Positions 10,504 to 19,079 of a DNA stretch of 32,000 nucleotides are shown in pieces. The stretch is from Flavobacteriaceae bacterium. Lineage in GTDB: Bacteria; Bacteroidota; Bacteroidia; Flavobacteriales; Flavobacteriaceae. Numbering within the stretch: position 1 is the first letter of the stretch; each line of letters begins with the position of its first letter. Under the pieces are notes generated by a model, which made no database searches, was not told the origin of the DNA, and saw only the letters and a program-made list of their open reading frames with translations. Position numbers and translations under genes: made by a program. The DNA lies in NCBI GenBank assembly GCA_965224465.1, contig OZ245049.1, positions 2,880,001-2,912,000 on the forward strand, in the 5' to 3' direction.

Positions 10504-11112
10504 TTAATAATAACAACCTTTACCACCATGACCACGGTTATTTAACAATCCAGACATGCGCATAATTAAAGTCATCGAATATAAAAAATGGGCAGGTACA
10601 TATTGGTTCGATTCACTGGTATGTTTGTACATTCCTTGAAAATTTAAACCTACAGAATCGTTGATCCAAATAGAAGTTCCTAAACCACCATTGAATGTAA
10701 CTTCTCCATTTTTACTAACAACAGTATAACCTGCACCAACAAAAGCATAGGGTTGTACGCTAAAATCTGCTGGTAAAAAGGCATATTGTCCAGAAATATC
10801 AATCCCCATATATTTAAGGTTCCTTTTCAACTCTGTGTCCCCTACTTTACCTATACTATTAAAAGAAAGTCCTAAGTCAAGGGCAAATTTTCCTACAAGA
10901 TGTGTAGTCGCATGAATTCGAGGTCCCGAAATAGACCAATGATCTGCTGCATTCGCAAACTCACTAAACATTCCATCTGGATTCCCAGCTTTGGTTGGAT
11001 AAAAATCAACAGCCGTAACTCCTACACCAAATATCCATGTATCGTTTTCGGTTTGAGAAAACAATTGTAGACATAAAAACAAGGTAAAACTTACTAAAAT
11101 ATTTTTTTTCAT
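10504..11112 (-). CDS. small outer-membrane beta-barrel protein, paralogous to the N-terminal domain of the OmpA-family protein at 4436-5845
   Basis: 202-aa ORF with a signal peptide (..LQLFSQ). Blocks WIFGVGVTAVDFYP, ADHWSISGP, FNGGLGTSIWINDSVGLNFQGMYKH match WAIGFGVNAVDFYP, DDHYNMIPS, FNGGAGVNFWFSDNIGLNIQSTYKH in the 469-aa protein. Confidence 0.75.
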   Translation of the reverse strand: MKKNILVSFTLFLCLQLFSQTENDTWIFGVGVTAVDFYPTKAGNPDGMFSEFANAADHWSISGPRIHATTHLVGKFALDLGLSFNSIGKVGDTELKRNLKYMGIDISGQYAFLPADFSVQPYAFVGAGYTVVSKNGEVTFNGGLGTSIWINDSVGLNFQGMYKHTSESNQYVPAHFLYSMTLIMRMSGLLNNRGHGGKGCYY

Positions 11113-11236
11113 TTGCGTATTATTTGGTGTTTAAAAAACACATTTTTAATTCTATATTAGAAACGACATATTTTTACAAATAGTATATCCTAGGGTAAAA
11201 GACCTAAAAAACACACTATTTGCAAAAACGAATTTA

Positions 11237-11671
11237 TTAAATTTTATTCACCTCTTTAATGGCAATCGTAAAATTCTCTAAACTATTATTATTTAATACT
11301 AGATGAATTGCTTCATCTGTTACTTTTTCTACATTACCAACAGAGAAGCCAATACCAACACCAATACGGCGTAACAACGTAGCTTCTGCACCTGTCACTT
11401 CATTATCTGCAAAAATCATGCGTGTTAAATCGTATAAACGCTCTATGCGAATATCATAGCTCTGAGGAGTTGCAATCGCATACTTTTCTGGCGCTTTTAT
11501 GATTTCCTTGTAATGTTCTTCTAAAATATGGAAGCGTTTTGCTAATCTTTTTAACATTATTTCTTCCTCCGTAGAAATGACATCATCTACTAATGCTAAA
11601 CGAACGATGCTCGCAAAATGCATAACATCTCGTTCTTTTTCGCCGTTAAGGTTAAAGTTTGAAATTGACAT
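11237..11671 (-). CDS. hypothetical protein, tentatively TerB-like (tellurite-resistance TerB fold)
   Basis: 144-aa ORF, divergent from mfd. It has two helical half-repeats with acidic/hydrophobic patterns (LALVDDVISTEEEIMLKRLA / IFADNEVTGAEATLLRRIG) like TerB-family proteins. The assignment rests on pattern only. Confidence 0.55.
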   Translation of the reverse strand: MSISNFNLNGEKERDVMHFASIVRLALVDDVISTEEEIMLKRLAKRFHILEEHYKEIIKAPEKYAIATPQSYDIRIERLYDLTRMIFADNEVTGAEATLLRRIGVGIGFSVGNVEKVTDEAIHLVLNNNSLENFTIAIKEVNKI

Positions 11672-11759
11672 ATATAGTTTTTTGCAGCAAATATAAGTAT
11701 TAATTTCAGTTTCAAAAACATCGACACAGCATCTTCTTAAAATTAACTGATAGATTTCT

Positions 11760-11767
11760 TATATTTG
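11760..11767 (+). promoter_or_regulatory. candidate Bacteroidota -7 promoter element TATATTTG (TAnnTTTG) upstream of mfd
   Basis: Exact match to the TAnnTTTG consensus, 15 nt before the TTG start at 11782. I did not see a clean -33 TTTG element. Confidence 0.3.
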
Positions 11768-11781
11768 CAAAAAATTTCATA

Positions 11782-14700
11782 TTGAGCAAGGCACATATCT
11801 TAAGCGAAATACAGGCATCGAAAAAAGTTCAAACTTTTATCGAAAACCTTGATAAATCAGTAACGCAACTATCTATATCTGGCCTTGTAGGTTCTTCCTT
11901 ATCGTTTGTTGTATCAGAAGTTTTTAAAAGCACAAACATTCCTTTTTTACTTATTTTCAACGATAAAGAAGAAGCTGCGTATTACCTCAACGATTTTGAA
12001 GCTTTGTTAGGCGATAAAAACGTACTGTTCTACCCCGGATCTTACCGCAGACCATACCAGATAGAAGAAACAGACAATGCCAATGTACTCATGCGCGCAG
12101 AAGTACTCAACCGCATCAATTCAAGAAAAAAACCATCACTCATTGTCACCTACCCAGATGCATTGTTTGAGCAAGTTGTCACCAAAGCAGAATTAAACAG
12201 AAGTACTTTAAAAATAGGAATTACGGACAAATTAGACCTCGATTTCGTAAATGAAGTTCTTTTTGAATACCAATTCAACCGTGTAGATTTTGTAACCGAA
12301 CCAGGGGAGTTTTCGGTTCGCGGAGGGATTATTGATGTGTTTTCATTTTCGAATGATGCGCCTTACCGAATAGAATTTTTTGACGATGAAGTAGAGAGCA
12401 TTCGAACTTTTGATATTGAGACTCAATTATCAACAGAAAAAATCAGTAAGATTTCCATCATCCCAAATCTCGAAAACAAGACAATCAGTGAGAAAAGAGA
12501 AAGCTTTCTAGAATACATTGCATCCAACACCGTAATTTTTGTCAAAAACACAGAACTCATTACAGGCAGACTAGACACTTTATATTCAAAATCTGAAGCA
12601 GCATTCCGTGAACTAAGTGGCACTATAGAACGCGGAGAACCAGCGCAACTATTTTGCAAGAGCACGCGCATCATCCAGCAATTAGAAAAACACACTTTTG
12701 TAAAAATAAACACAAATACATCAACGCAACTAGTAACAGACGCTACAAACATTGGTTTCTCTACAAGTCCACAACCTTCCTTCAACAAACAGTTTAACCT
12801 TTTAATCGAAAACTTACAACTAAACACACGGAAGGGCTATCAAAACTACCTGTTTTGCGACAATCAAAAACAAGCCGATCGTTTTGATGAGATTTTCGGC
12901 GATGAAAGTGATACTATCCAATATGAAACAATCGTTTTTCCATTATTTCAAGGTTTTATAGAAGATGATTTAAAAATTGCTTGTTATACCGATCATCAAA
13001 TATTTGAACGCTACCATAAATTTAGGTTAAAAAACGGATTTTCTAAAAAACAATCCATCTCTTTAAAAGAACTCACCAGTTTAGAAATTGGCGATTATGT
13101 AACTCACATAGACCACGGAATCGGAAAATTTGGAGGACTTCAAAAAATAGATGTAGAAGGCAAAAAACAAGAGGCAATCAAATTAATGTATGGTGAGCGC
13201 GACATCCTATACATTAGTATACACTCTCTTCATAAAATTACAAAATTTACAGGAAAGGATGGGAAGGCACCTAAACTACACAAACTTGGCTCTAATACTT
13301 GGAAAAAACTCAAGCAAAAAACCAAGACACGCATCAAACATATCGCATATAATTTAATTGAATTATACGCCAAAAGAAAAATGCAAAAAGGTTTTCGATT
13401 TAACCAAGACAGTAATTTGCAACACGCACTGGAAGCAAGTTTTATGTACGAAGACACACCAGACCAAATTACCGCAACCCAAGATGTAAAGACAGACATG
13501 GAAATAGACCGACCAATGGACAGGTTGATCTGTGGAGATGTAGGTTTTGGAAAAACAGAAATTGCCATCAGAGCAGCATTTAAAGCTGTAGACAATGGGA
13601 AGCAAGTCGCTATTTTAGTCCCCACAACTATTCTTGCATTTCAGCATTTTAAAACATTTAGCGAACGCTTAAAAGATTTTCCCATAACGGTAGATTACAT
13701 CAATAGATTTAGAACAGGAAACCAACGAAAACAGGTTCTTACAGGTTTGGCTGACGGCAGCTTAGACATTGTAATTGGGACACATCAACTCACTAGCAAT
13801 TCTATCCAATTTAAAGACCTAGGACTGTTGATTATTGACGAAGAACAAAAATTTGGTGTTGCCATAAAAGACAAATTAAAAACACTCAAAGAGTCCATAG
13901 ATACACTTACATTAACAGCTACCCCGATACCAAGAACCTTACAGTTCTCCTTAATGGCAGCCAGGGACATGTCCATCATAAATACGCCTCCTCCAAATAG
14001 ACACCCCATAGAAACCAACGTCGTACGCTTTAATGAAGAATTAATAAGAGATGCTATTAGTTATGAAATAGCCCGTGGTGGACAGGTGTTTTTTATACAC
14101 AACCGCATCGAAAACATCACCGAAGTCGCAGGCATGCTCCAACGATTAGTTCCAGACGCAAAAATAGGTATTGGGCACGGCCAAATGGAAGGGAAAAAAC
14201 TAGAACAATTGATGCTTTCGTTTATCAATAACGAATTTGATGTTTTGGTAGCCACTACCATTATAGAAAGTGGACTAGACGTTCCAAATGCCAACACTAT
14301 GTTTATCAATAATGCCAACAATTTTGGACTCTCAGACCTACATCAAATGCGCGGACGTGTTGGACGATCTAACAAAAAAGCATTTTGTTATTTTATCACG
14401 CCACCCTTCCATATGATAACAGAAGACGCAAGAAAACGGATCAACGCCATTGAGTTGTTTTCAGATTTGGGAAGTGGAATTAATATTGCCATGAAAGATT
14501 TAGAAATACGCGGTGCAGGTGATATTTTAGGCGGTGAACAAAGTGGTTTTATCAATGATATTGGTTTTGATACGTATCAAAAGATACTAAGTGAAGCCAT
14601 CGACGAACTGAAAGAAAACGAATTCAAAAACCTTTACAAAAATGAAAACAAAAAAACGACTAAGGAATTTGTAAAAGACATTCAGATAGACACCGATTTT

Positions 14701-15132
14701 GAAATCCTATTCCCCGACGACTATATCAGTGTGATTTCGGAACGATTAAGCTTGTACAGTGAGCTTAGTAACATCAATACCACAGAAAACCTACAGCTTT
14801 TTGAAAGCAAATTAATTGACAGGTTTGGAGAACTTCCAATTCAAGTAACAGACCTGCTAGATTCCGTACGCTTAAAATGGGCTGCGAAACACATTGGGCT
14901 AGAACGATTGATTTTAAAACGAGATAAAATGATTGGGTACTTTATTTCCAATCAAGACAGTTCTTTTTACGAATCACCCATTTTTACGCGCGTATTGAGT
15001 TTTGTACAATCACAACCCAGAAAATGTACCATGAAAGAGAAACAAACAAAAAACGGGCTTCGATTGTTATTGAGCTTTAATGAAATAACTTCCGTTCAAA
15101 AAGCGTTGAACATCCTAAAAGAAATTCACTAA
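11782..15132 (+). CDS. mfd: transcription-repair coupling factor
   Basis: 1116-aa ORF with a TTG start. It has a UvrB-homology N-terminus, a CarD-like/RNAP-interaction region (..GDYVTHIDHGIGKFGGL..), Walker A GDVGFGKTE, DEEQKFG, TATPIPRT, and helicase motif VI QMRGRVGRS. Confidence 0.95.
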   Translation: MSKAHILSEIQASKKVQTFIENLDKSVTQLSISGLVGSSLSFVVSEVFKSTNIPFLLIFNDKEEAAYYLNDFEALLGDKNVLFYPGSYRRPYQIEETDNANVLMRAEVLNRINSRKKPSLIVTYPDALFEQVVTKAELNRSTLKIGITDKLDLDFVNEVLFEYQFNRVDFVTEPGEFSVRGGIIDVFSFSNDAPYRIEFFDDEVESIRTFDIETQLSTEKISKISIIPNLENKTISEKRESFLEYIASNTVIFVKNTELITGRLDTLYSKSEAAFRELSGTIERGEPAQLFCKSTRIIQQLEKHTFVKINTNTSTQLVTDATNIGFSTSPQPSFNKQFNLLIENLQLNTRKGYQNYLFCDNQKQADRFDEIFGDESDTIQYETIVFPLFQGFIEDDLKIACYTDHQIFERYHKFRLKNGFSKKQSISLKELTSLEIGDYVTHIDHGIGKFGGLQKIDVEGKKQEAIKLMYGERDILYISIHSLHKITKFTGKDGKAPKLHKLGSNTWKKLKQKTKTRIKHIAYNLIELYAKRKMQKGFRFNQDSNLQHALEASFMYEDTPDQITATQDVKTDMEIDRPMDRLICGDVGFGKTEIAIRAAFKAVDNGKQVAILVPTTILAFQHFKTFSERLKDFPITVDYINRFRTGNQRKQVLTGLADGSLDIVIGTHQLTSNSIQFKDLGLLIIDEEQKFGVAIKDKLKTLKESIDTLTLTATPIPRTLQFSLMAARDMSIINTPPPNRHPIETNVVRFNEELIRDAISYEIARGGQVFFIHNRIENITEVAGMLQRLVPDAKIGIGHGQMEGKKLEQLMLSFINNEFDVLVATTIIESGLDVPNANTMFINNANNFGLSDLHQMRGRVGRSNKKAFCYFITPPFHMITEDARKRINAIELFSDLGSGINIAMKDLEIRGAGDILGGEQSGFINDIGFDTYQKILSEAIDELKENEFKNLYKNENKKTTKEFVKDIQIDTDFEILFPDDYISVISERLSLYSELSNINTTENLQLFESKLIDRFGELPIQVTDLLDSVRLKWAAKHIGLERLILKRDKMIGYFISNQDSSFYESPIFTRVLSFVQSQPRKCTMKEKQTKNGLRLLLSFNEITSVQKALNILKEIH

Positions 15133-15136
15133 TACC

Positions 15137-15865
15137 ATGCTAAAAAAAAACATCTTAACTTATTGTTGTTTTCTACTCATAGTAAACAATGCTTTTGCGC
15201 AAAAAACCGCAAATCCTAGACCTAAAAATTCAAGCTTAAAAAAAATGATACTTCCAGCGTCTCTGCTTACACTCGGTTTTATTTTAAACAAAAGTAAGCA
15301 AGAAAAGGACCTCAACAAATCTATTTTAAAAACTGTAAAAACTGACTTTTACACCAACGCTGATGACTACTTAGTACTCACTCCTGGAGTAATTGCAATT
15401 GCAGCCAACATTGCAGGGATAAAAGCAAAAAACCACTGGTTTGACCAAGGAAAAAATGTGTTTATTGCCGTAACTAGTACCTACTTAATCACAACAGGTC
15501 TCAAACAAATATTCCATAAAACGCGTCCAGATCTATCCAATAACTACGCCATGCCTTCTGGACATTCTGCACTTAGTTTTGCGGCCGCTACTGTCCTTTA
15601 CGAGGAATACAAAGACAGTAATCAAACCATTGCCTATAGCGGATTTGCAACATCAAGCGCTGTCGTATATCTACGTATGGCAAATAACCGCCATTGGATT
15701 TCTGACACACTTGTAGGTGCAGGAATTGGAATAGCTGTAGCAAAACTCGTATACCTAATAGAGCCATTAAAGAACTTTAACCCTTTTAAACACACACATG
15801 GCGTAACCGTGTTTCCAACGATTCACAAAAATGAATTTAGCATATCACTTAGCAAAACCTTTTAA
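15137..15865 (+). CDS. PAP2-family phosphatase (membrane/secreted acid phosphatase superfamily)
   Basis: 242-aa ORF starting 4 nt after the mfd stop. All three PAP2 motifs are present: KQIFHKTRPD (Kx6RP), PSGHSA, and RMANNRHWISD (Rx5Hx3D). Confidence 0.85.
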   Translation: MLKKNILTYCCFLLIVNNAFAQKTANPRPKNSSLKKMILPASLLTLGFILNKSKQEKDLNKSILKTVKTDFYTNADDYLVLTPGVIAIAANIAGIKAKNHWFDQGKNVFIAVTSTYLITTGLKQIFHKTRPDLSNNYAMPSGHSALSFAAATVLYEEYKDSNQTIAYSGFATSSAVVYLRMANNRHWISDTLVGAGIGIAVAKLVYLIEPLKNFNPFKHTHGVTVFPTIHKNEFSISLSKTF

Positions 15866-16054
15866 AAACACCCCTAATTTAAAAATACAATATAAAATTA
15901 ATTTCAACCAAAACACAACAATAAACCCTTATAACATTACTGAGTCTATCATTGGTGTAAGGACTTCTATTTGTTTCTTTTACAGCACTCAAACAACCAC
16001 ACAAGAAAACAACAGAGGAGATATATACATTTTTTTTCACTACATTGCATCATC

Positions 16055-16627
16055 ATGAAAAAAATATTCCTCAAATTAATATTTCTGTTTATTGTTTCCA
16101 ACCAAATAAACGCACAAAGCAACACATATACAAGTATTGAAATTATCGCAATTAACACAAGTTCTCAAGCAGGAGAAGGCGATTTGTATTTTGATGTTAA
16201 TTTATCGCTATGGTATATAGGCTTAACAAACGGTAAATTAAAAGAAATCCTACCCCCACAAACCCTTACGTACGACAACCTTACAGGCACCTTAAACATC
16301 TCAAAAGGAAACTCAGTAATCATTTCAAATACAGTCGCTGTAAAACAGATTGAGACATCCTATACGGTGACTCCTGACGATGCAGGAACCGTAATTTGTG
16401 TTGATAGTACGTCAGGCACCACACTCACCATTCCAGATACGCTTCCTATAGGTTTTCATATTAGTATTTATCAAATAGGCACAGGGCAAGTAACAATTAC
16501 CGGATCTGGAACTCGGATTATAAAACACAGACTCAACAGGTATAAAACCGCTGGACAAGACGCAGGAGTAGGTCTAATTTGCACCAAAGGAGCAACAGCT
16601 CACCTTACTGGAGATCTTTCTAACTAA
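16055..16627 (+). CDS. small secreted protein of unknown function (cassette A, gene 1)
   Basis: The ORF track opens at 15971. The in-frame ATG at 16055 gives a canonical signal peptide, MKKIFLKLIFLFIVSNQINAQ. It is a paralog of 19080-19601, sharing AGEGDLY, PIGFHISIYQIGTGQVTITGSG, HRLNRYKTAGQDAGVGLICT and HLTGDLSN. Confidence 0.8.
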   Translation: MKKIFLKLIFLFIVSNQINAQSNTYTSIEIIAINTSSQAGEGDLYFDVNLSLWYIGLTNGKLKEILPPQTLTYDNLTGTLNISKGNSVIISNTVAVKQIETSYTVTPDDAGTVICVDSTSGTTLTIPDTLPIGFHISIYQIGTGQVTITGSGTRIIKHRLNRYKTAGQDAGVGLICTKGATAHLTGDLSN

Positions 16628-16676
16628 TCTAACTTTACCTTATTTTTAGCCCCCTCAAAAAATTAAAACACCCCAA

Positions 16677-17639
16677 GTGATAGATGTAACACCCCCCTCA
16701 AAGCATTTGAAAAATTGCTGTCTTTATTTACTATTGTTTTATAGCATCGTAGGTTTTACTCAGATAGGAAACTACAACCAATACCCTACCCTAACACCAC
16801 AACGTCCTATTGACTTAACAAGTAATTATCTTTTGGATACACACTTGAATAAGATAAGTTTTGCGTACTCATTTCGAAAATTAAAATCAGACTACACAGG
16901 ACCTCTAGTACGCTTAAGAAGGGGGAACGACAATGAAGAACGTAATTTCTACGTTCAAGACACAGATGCATTAATTGACATCAACGCTATTAACAATTGG
17001 CTGCAAGGGAATAATGCTTTTATGGTTATTTGGTACGACCAAAGTGGACAGGAACGAAATGCCATTCAAAACACCAAAATTTACCAACCACGATTTATCC
17101 CAAACGTGATACGTCCCTATTTCGTAGGAGATGGCAATAACGACTATCTAGTTGTTGAAACCAGCATGCAAGTCCTCACGAAAAATGGAAGGGAAGGAAG
17201 TGTATTTATAAGCTGCTTCGCCACCAACAAGTCTCAATCTATTTTTGGAGCAAAATCTAACAGCAATAACAAAGATAGGTGGTCTGCTCACCTTAATTGG
17301 AACAATGGTAATGCCTACTGGGATCCAGGTTATTGTTGTCTTAGCGGGAGAAATTTCAATAATAATGCAAATATACATTTATGGAAATTATATACATTTA
17401 TACGCAAAACAGCAACCGCTCAAGCACGTGTAAATGGGACTATTAAGACAAATTTTAATTTTTCTCCTAGTTACCGATTTACAAAAAACACCTATTTTGG
17501 AATACTACGTGCCTTGAACAATGGCTCCGACGGACATGCCAACAACAGGATTAACGAAATGATTCTCTACAATGATAAATTAGGGAATGCCACCACTGCA
17601 AATATCGAAAACAATATCATCGCTTATTGGAATTTGTAA
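16677..17639 (+). CDS. secreted protein with a GH54 catalytic-domain-like (AbfB 'ArabFuran-catal') / concanavalin-like fold (cassette A, gene 2)
   Basis: 320-aa ORF with a GTG start at 16677. An alternative TTG at 16707 gives signal peptide MKNCCLYLLLFYSIVGFTQ. Motif pattern: FAYSFRKLKSDYTGPLVRLRRGNDNEE..WYDQSGQERNA..QPRF..GNAYWDPGYCC..ILYND. From memory this resembles the N-terminal part of fungal GH54 arabinofuranosidase catalytic domains. It is a paralog of 18169-19077. Confidence 0.75.
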   Translation: MIDVTPPSKHLKNCCLYLLLFYSIVGFTQIGNYNQYPTLTPQRPIDLTSNYLLDTHLNKISFAYSFRKLKSDYTGPLVRLRRGNDNEERNFYVQDTDALIDINAINNWLQGNNAFMVIWYDQSGQERNAIQNTKIYQPRFIPNVIRPYFVGDGNNDYLVVETSMQVLTKNGREGSVFISCFATNKSQSIFGAKSNSNNKDRWSAHLNWNNGNAYWDPGYCCLSGRNFNNNANIHLWKLYTFIRKTATAQARVNGTIKTNFNFSPSYRFTKNTYFGILRALNNGSDGHANNRINEMILYNDKLGNATTANIENNIIAYWNL

Positions 17640-17643
17640 TCTC

Positions 17644-17745
17644 ATACTAAATACATTTCTAAGTGACGGTTTAGGAATGGAATTGTATTTTGTTTTAGCT
17701 AGGTGAAAAATGGATGAATAGCCATAGCTATCATTCTATTTTTCA
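17644..17745 (+). repeat. dispersed ~100-nt intergenic element, copy 1
   Basis: Aligns end to end at roughly 75-80% identity (by eye) with the reverse complements of 27841-27942 and 27470-27575. The core AGGTGAAAAATGGATGAATAGCCATAGCTAT is near-identical to copy 3. It starts 5 nt after the stop of the + strand gene. Confidence 0.7.
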
Positions 17746-18168
17746 ACAACGATAGCACGTAGAATAAATCATACTACTGTCCGTAAGGCTTCTTAAATCA
17801 GGAAGGTTGCCTCACTTCTAAGCACTTCCTTTACCGCATCACATTACAACTTCCATCTCTAGAATTATATCAGGTGAATATCGACATGAAACAAAGGAAA
17901 TAATAATAAATATTCTAGACGTAAATATTCAATGATACCTTTAATTAAATAACCGTAAACTATTGATATAAACTAAATTTAGATAATATATAAATTCAAG
18001 TTTGTTGACATTATAATTCGTTACTTCCGTGTCAATCTTACGCCTCATAACAACTTCCATTTCTGAAATTACAAAGGGTTTTCTATGAAAACATTTATAG
18101 TTCTATAGGATCTAAAACTAAACGGATCCAAGTTCTATTTCCTACTTGGATTTAAGCCTTTAGAAAAA

Positions 18169-19077
18169 TCAATTCCCCCAGTATAACATCATATTTAATT
18201 CAATCGGCTCATAAAACACAGGACTCATATCTATTTTATAGAGGATAAATTCGGTAAACCTCGTCGTCGCAAAACTATGATTTGCACCATTAGAAAAACA
18301 TATTCCAAAATTATGGTTCTTTGAAAACCTATCAGAAGCGTTAACCGATCCACTATTTTTTAATACATTATCCTTTCTTAGAATTACTTTGTCCAACTTA
18401 CGAACAAAAGTAAATTGCGCCCAAGTATTATCAGGATTCACAAAACTTCTTGGACCAGTACAGCAAGTACCACCATCAAAATAAGCATTTCCATCATCCA
18501 AATTTAAGTGAGATGACCAACGTTCACCACTCAGAAGAACACCAAAACTATTTTGACTTTTACTTGTTGAAAAAAAATACCCTATCACAGTTCCTTCTTT
18601 CCCATTATTGGTCACATTTTGCATATTTCCACTAGCAACAATCAATTTATCGTCTATACCATCCCCTGCTAAATAAGGACGTATAGGATCTGGATAAAAA
18701 CGAGGTTGTTTTGTACTATTTCCTTGTCCTGCATCACCTGCAATACCACCTTGATTGTACCATTTTTGAACATACACATTAGCCGTACCCCTCCAGGCAT
18801 TAATAGCTTCGACATCAACCATTCCTTGACTTGTAGCAGAAAAATTTGAAAATGTATTATCCGAATCTCTTCTTAAACGAATTAGTGGACCATTGTAATC
18901 AGTAATTATTTTTCGCATAGAAAAGGCAAAACTCAACATACTTGACTCAATATCGGGAATCGCAACTTGATCAACTACCAAGGGCGTCATAGTAGGATAT
19001 TGATTAAAATAGGCAATTTGAGCACCTGCATCTATACAACAACTTAAAATAAGTAAAAAAACAAGTCTATTTAACAT
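18169..19077 (-). CDS. secreted GH54-like/concanavalin-like protein (cassette B, gene 2), paralog of 16677-17639
   Basis: The ORF is open to 19128. The ATG at 19077 gives signal peptide MLNRLVFLLILSCCIDAGAQ and lies 2 nt after the upstream gene's stop (TGAtcATG). Shared blocks with the paralog are FAFSMRKIITDYNGPLIRLRRDSDN, WYNQGG, QPRFYPDPIRPY, DGNAYFDGGTCC and ILY. Identity by eye is ~40%. Confidence 0.75.
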   Translation of the reverse strand: MLNRLVFLLILSCCIDAGAQIAYFNQYPTMTPLVVDQVAIPDIESSMLSFAFSMRKIITDYNGPLIRLRRDSDNTFSNFSATSQGMVDVEAINAWRGTANVYVQKWYNQGGIAGDAGQGNSTKQPRFYPDPIRPYLAGDGIDDKLIVASGNMQNVTNNGKEGTVIGYFFSTSKSQNSFGVLLSGERWSSHLNLDDGNAYFDGGTCCTGPRSFVNPDNTWAQFTFVRKLDKVILRKDNVLKNSGSVNASDRFSKNHNFGICFSNGANHSFATTRFTEFILYKIDMSPVFYEPIELNMMLYWGN

Positions 19078-19079
19078 GA

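Noticed and set aside
12423-14321. Several 77-134-aa minus-strand ORFs inside mfd
   Set aside because: They are antisense to a strongly supported 1116-aa gene, have low-complexity Cys/Ser/Phe-rich translations and no recognisable motifs.
15831-16158. ORFs 15831-16058 (+) and 15967-16158 (-), and the 15971 start of the 218-aa ORF
   Set aside because: They lie in the intergenic or leader region. The in-frame ATG at 16055 gives a proper signal peptide matching the paralog, so the upstream extension and overlapping ORFs are considered spurious.
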